From contig JBEKBM010000024.1 in NCBI GenBank assembly GCA_050015395.1, positions 1 to 50,949 on the forward strand: a stretch of DNA of 50,949 nucleotides, given 5' to 3'. Numbering within the stretch: position 1 is the stretch's first letter; each line of letters opens with the position of its first letter. The translations under genes were made by a program, and so were the position numbers. Shown here one piece after another: positions 48,115 through 50,949 of this stretch. The stretch comes from Candidatus Bathyarchaeia archaeon (GTDB lineage Archaea; Thermoproteota; Bathyarchaeia; Bathyarchaeales; Bathycorpusculaceae). Below the pieces are notes generated by a model. It was given only the letters and a program-made list of their open reading frames with translations, was not told the origin of the DNA and ran no database searches.

Positions 48115-48396
48115 ATGACACTTGTTCAAATCGACAAAAGACCAGACTTCAGTCTAAATGATGCACTAACCCAAAGGTTCTGTCGCCTACAAAAAGACTA
48201 CAGGTGGATCATCAACCATAAGAAAGAACTGCGCAATGAGTACCCGAATCAGTATGTTGCTGTCGAAAATGAATCGGTGCGTTACGTAGCCAACACTATT
48301 GAGGCGCTCATGAGCTCTATATCTAGGAATAACGAACAAGTGGATAATTTTGCCATTGAATACCTGAGCCAATATCCAACAAGCCTTCTCTTTTAG
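48115..48396 (+). CDS. DUF5678-like small protein
   Basis: WIINHKKELRNEYPNQYVAV signature; likely ATG at 48115. Confidence 0.7.
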   Translation: MTLVQIDKRPDFSLNDALTQRFCRLQKDYRWIINHKKELRNEYPNQYVAVENESVRYVANTIEALMSSISRNNEQVDNFAIEYLSQYPTSLLF

Positions 48397-48405
48397 GAAA
48401 TCCAG

Positions 48406-48855
48406 TTGAAAATAGTAGCACTGCTAGACGATTTTCGTCATGCACATCTCTTAGCATATTTTTATTGTGATCAGTTTAACGAGCCTAAACCTGTTCATTT
48501 CCTTGTTGATACAGGTTGCACAACTACAACAATCCTGAGCGATGATGCAACCCGCTTAGGTCTAAATTGTTCAAGCCTAAACTCAGCAAATCCAGTTTCA
48601 ACTGCTAACGGGAATGTTGTTCCATACATTCTGCCAAACATCATTCTGATGTATAATGCATATTTTGGTTTATTCAATCTAAGAAACGATTTCAAGGGTA
48701 CTCGACTAGATGAAATCCATTGCCATGCTCCAACTGACCCTGCCTTAATGACAAGGCAAAAAATAGCTAACGCTTGCAGTCTTCTTGGAATGGATTTCTT
48801 AAAGAGATTTAAAAAATGGAAATTTACTGATAAAGAGTTATTATTGCGAACGTAA
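48406..48855 (+). CDS. Retropepsin-like (clan AA) aspartic protease
   Basis: FLVDTGCTTT, TANG flap, SLLGMDFL. Confidence 0.85.
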   Translation: MKIVALLDDFRHAHLLAYFYCDQFNEPKPVHFLVDTGCTTTTILSDDATRLGLNCSSLNSANPVSTANGNVVPYILPNIILMYNAYFGLFNLRNDFKGTRLDEIHCHAPTDPALMTRQKIANACSLLGMDFLKRFKKWKFTDKELLLRT

Positions 48856-49154
48856 AAAAAGCGCATTTTATGCTGGGTAACTTAACCTAACAGTATCGAT
48901 ATAAGTCTCTCAATATACGTAATAAACAAGTTAGCAGACGGTTTTTCACACAGAGAATCAACAGACGAAGACTTCACAGTTCCTTAATTTGAACGGGAAT
49001 CATGGGTCATTTTTCCAGATGTAATTGAGTAATGAAAAAACTGAAATGTGGAAACTTCAAAGCAGCACTGTAACCTAAACGTGTGTTTTGGTTCGTTTTG
49101 TTTATATATTGGTATATTGACTATGGATGTGCAAAAAGAAGGAATATCTTAAGT

Positions 49155-49595
49155 ATGGGTTCCAAGTCTCCAAGAGGCGAATTCGCCGCAAGGCAACTAA
49201 AAAAGAAACGGAAGAATTTCCGTTGGTCTGACCGTTACTTTAACAGGCGCATGCTTAGGCTAGACGAAAAAGTAGATCCGATGCAGGGTGCACCTCAATC
49301 ACGGGGCATCGTTCTAGAAAAAGTAGGCGTTGAATCAAAACAGCCAAACAGCGCCATCCGCAAATGCGTCCGCACACAACTTATCAAAAACGGCAGAGTC
49401 ATCACCGCTTTCCTTCCGGGAGACGGCGCACTCAACGTCGTTGACGAACATGACGAGGTCGTCGTGGAAGGCATCGGCGGAACAAGAGGCGGCGCAATGG
49501 GCGACATCCCCGGCGTACGCTGGAAAGTAGTCATGATTAACGGCGTATCTCTAAACGAGCTCGTCTACGGACGGAAACAAAAACCAGCAAGGTAA
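49155..49595 (+). CDS. rps12: 30S ribosomal protein S12 (uS12)
   Basis: [36 protein letters not shown]; start MGSKSPRG at 49155. Confidence 0.97.
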   Translation: MGSKSPRGEFAARQLKKKRKNFRWSDRYFNRRMLRLDEKVDPMQGAPQSRGIVLEKVGVESKQPNSAIRKCVRTQLIKNGRVITAFLPGDGALNVVDEHDEVVVEGIGGTRGGAMGDIPGVRWKVVMINGVSLNELVYGRKQKPAR

Positions 49596-49600
49596 TGCTC

Positions 49601-50191
49601 ATGAGCACACAAACAGTAGCACAACCTCAAGATATCAAACTTTTCCAAAAATGGACATTCAAAGACATCTCAGTCCAAGACATCGGTTTGCAGCGCTACC
49701 TCAACCTTACACCAATGGTTGCCCCCCACAGCATGGGACGACATGAGCACCAACGTTTCCGCAAAGCCAAAGTCAACATAGTCGAACGCTTAATCAACAG
49801 CCTAATGCGCTCAGGCAAAAACAGCGGCAAAAAAGCCAAAGCAACCAACATAGTCAAAGAAACATTCGAAATAATCAACTTACGCACAGGCAAAAACCCC
49901 ATAGAAATCCTCGTTAAAGCCGTCGAAAACGCTTCGCCATGCGAAGACACAACACGCGTCAGCTACGGAGGAGTCGTCTACCACCTATCCGTCGACGTCG
50001 CACCACAACGCAGAATCGACCTCGCCATACGCCACATAAGTGAAGGCGCAAGAGCCGCAAGCATAAACAACCCACGCAGCATCCAAGAAACACTCGCAGA
50101 CGAACTGATTTTGGCAGCAAACAAAGACATCAAAAGCGCAGGCATTGCCAAACGCAACGAAATTGAACGCGTCGCACAATCAAGCAGATAA
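49601..50191 (+). CDS. rps7: 30S ribosomal protein S7 (uS7)
   Basis: KAKVNIVERL, NPIEILVKAVEN, VDVAPQRRID, LADELI, ERVAQSSR. Confidence 0.97.
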   Translation: MSTQTVAQPQDIKLFQKWTFKDISVQDIGLQRYLNLTPMVAPHSMGRHEHQRFRKAKVNIVERLINSLMRSGKNSGKKAKATNIVKETFEIINLRTGKNPIEILVKAVENASPCEDTTRVSYGGVVYHLSVDVAPQRRIDLAIRHISEGARAASINNPRSIQETLADELILAANKDIKSAGIAKRNEIERVAQSSR

Positions 50192-50379
50192 AAAGCTATC
50201 TTAGCTTCAGTTTCTACCCTTTCTTCTATTTCACGGAAACCTTTTTTTCCCTTAAACACTCGTACTTACGCTAACTATTTACCCAGTCTTCCTAAAACCC
50301 AACCATACGTCCACGTTCAACCCTCCCAGCTCACATATCTCTCTCAACAACAAAGAGAACGCATAAACTAAGCGCTTGA

Positions 50380-50510
50380 AGGCTTTTCCCGCAACCAATA
50401 ATGTCAACATTCTAGCCTTTTTTACTGTACCTTTACCAATCCTTTCAGCCACATCGGCGATGCCGCCTTATCTGGCGCCGTAAATCACAAGAAGCCTCCA
50501 TGTTGTTCAT
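50380..50510 (-). pseudogene. Possible flavodoxin N-terminal remnant
   Basis: LLVIYGAR*GGIADVAERIGKG resembles the flavodoxin FMN-phosphate loop (LVxYGTRYGxT..AE.I). Confidence 0.4.
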
Positions 50511-50664
50511 CAAATTTAAATAGCAAAGTACCCTAACCGCCCGTTCTCACCCTAAAAGCATTAACTAAAAATGTGACGGTTCAGTAAGAGCAAAATAAAT
50601 ACCACTCGTAAACTTGAATTAAAAAAAGAAAAAGGGAAAGAGAATCGCGTGTTAGTTGACAGTT

Positions 50665-50949
50665 TTATGGCTTTTTTCTGAGCGTAAGCAATGCTAGTAC
50701 AGCGCCGACTACGAGTATCACAATTATTATTGCGACTACAGAGGGGACAAAGTACAGGTTAGCGACTGATGTTGGGGTAGCTGTAGGTGCTGGGGTTGAT
50801 GTTGCTGCTGGTGCTGTGCTTATTGAGGTTTGTGCAAGTGAGCCGTAATAAGAGTCTGTGCCGTTAAATGTAGCAGTGATAGTGTATAGTCCTGGAGTCC
50901 CAGATGGAGGCGTCCACTCTAAGGCGTAGTGTCCGTTGCTGTCGCTTAT
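50665..50949 (-). CDS. C-terminus of a membrane-anchored surface protein (partial; starts beyond the window)
   Basis: SDSNGHYALEWTPP...YTITATFNGTDSYYGS Ig-like segment, Pro/Thr linker, TM helix, LRKKP* basic tail. Confidence 0.85.
   Translation of the reverse strand: MSDSNGHYALEWTPPSGTPGLYTITATFNGTDSYYGSLAQTSISTAPAATSTPAPTATPTSVANLYFVPSVVAIIIVILVVGAVLALLTLRKKP

Noticed and set aside
1345-50259. Numerous 60-210-aa ORFs antisense to or nested in identified genes (e.g. 1345, 16219, 31709, 35143, 40816)
   Set aside because: Shadow ORFs of well-supported genes, with no motifs of their own

Overview
Archaeal genomic window, most consistent with Bathyarchaeia (inferred from the archaeal uS12/uS7 and PheS/PheT, the MtrH-like methyltransferase and a typical C-terminal surface-protein anchor). 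About 0.5-36 kb is a mosaic catabolic region in alternating orientation. It holds a class I fumarase, a complete four-component corrinoid methyltransferase set (RACo activator, corrinoid protein, URO-D-family MT, MtrH-like MT) and a Liv-type ABC importer with inverted ATPase genes. It also holds an Fe-ADH, a thiolase plus HMGS-like/DUF35 fusion, a bifunctional HAD/ECH, a class III CoA transferase, a U32-like/creatininase-like/cupin/AOR operon, an Ldh_2 dehydrogenase, a stand-alone PreA-like flavoprotein, two ALDHs and a second AOR with MoaD. Between these modules lie many gene remnants, four transposase fragments and two copies of a 132-bp MITE, and many junctions coincide with a GCGCGC motif. 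From 36 to 51 kb there is a DUF2080/tyrosine-recombinase relic, an ABC-2 exporter, VapBC, pheST and two unannotated Cys-rich micro-ORFs. An AT-rich insert carries a minimal nucleotidyltransferase coupled to an unknown 455-aa protein with a 4-Cys cluster and a possible restriction-endonuclease-like C-terminus (best candidate for an undescribed defence/TA-type system) plus a DUF5678/aspartic protease pair. The window ends with an isolated rps12-rps7 pair and the tail of a surface protein. All family calls come from motif recognition by eye; no searches were run.
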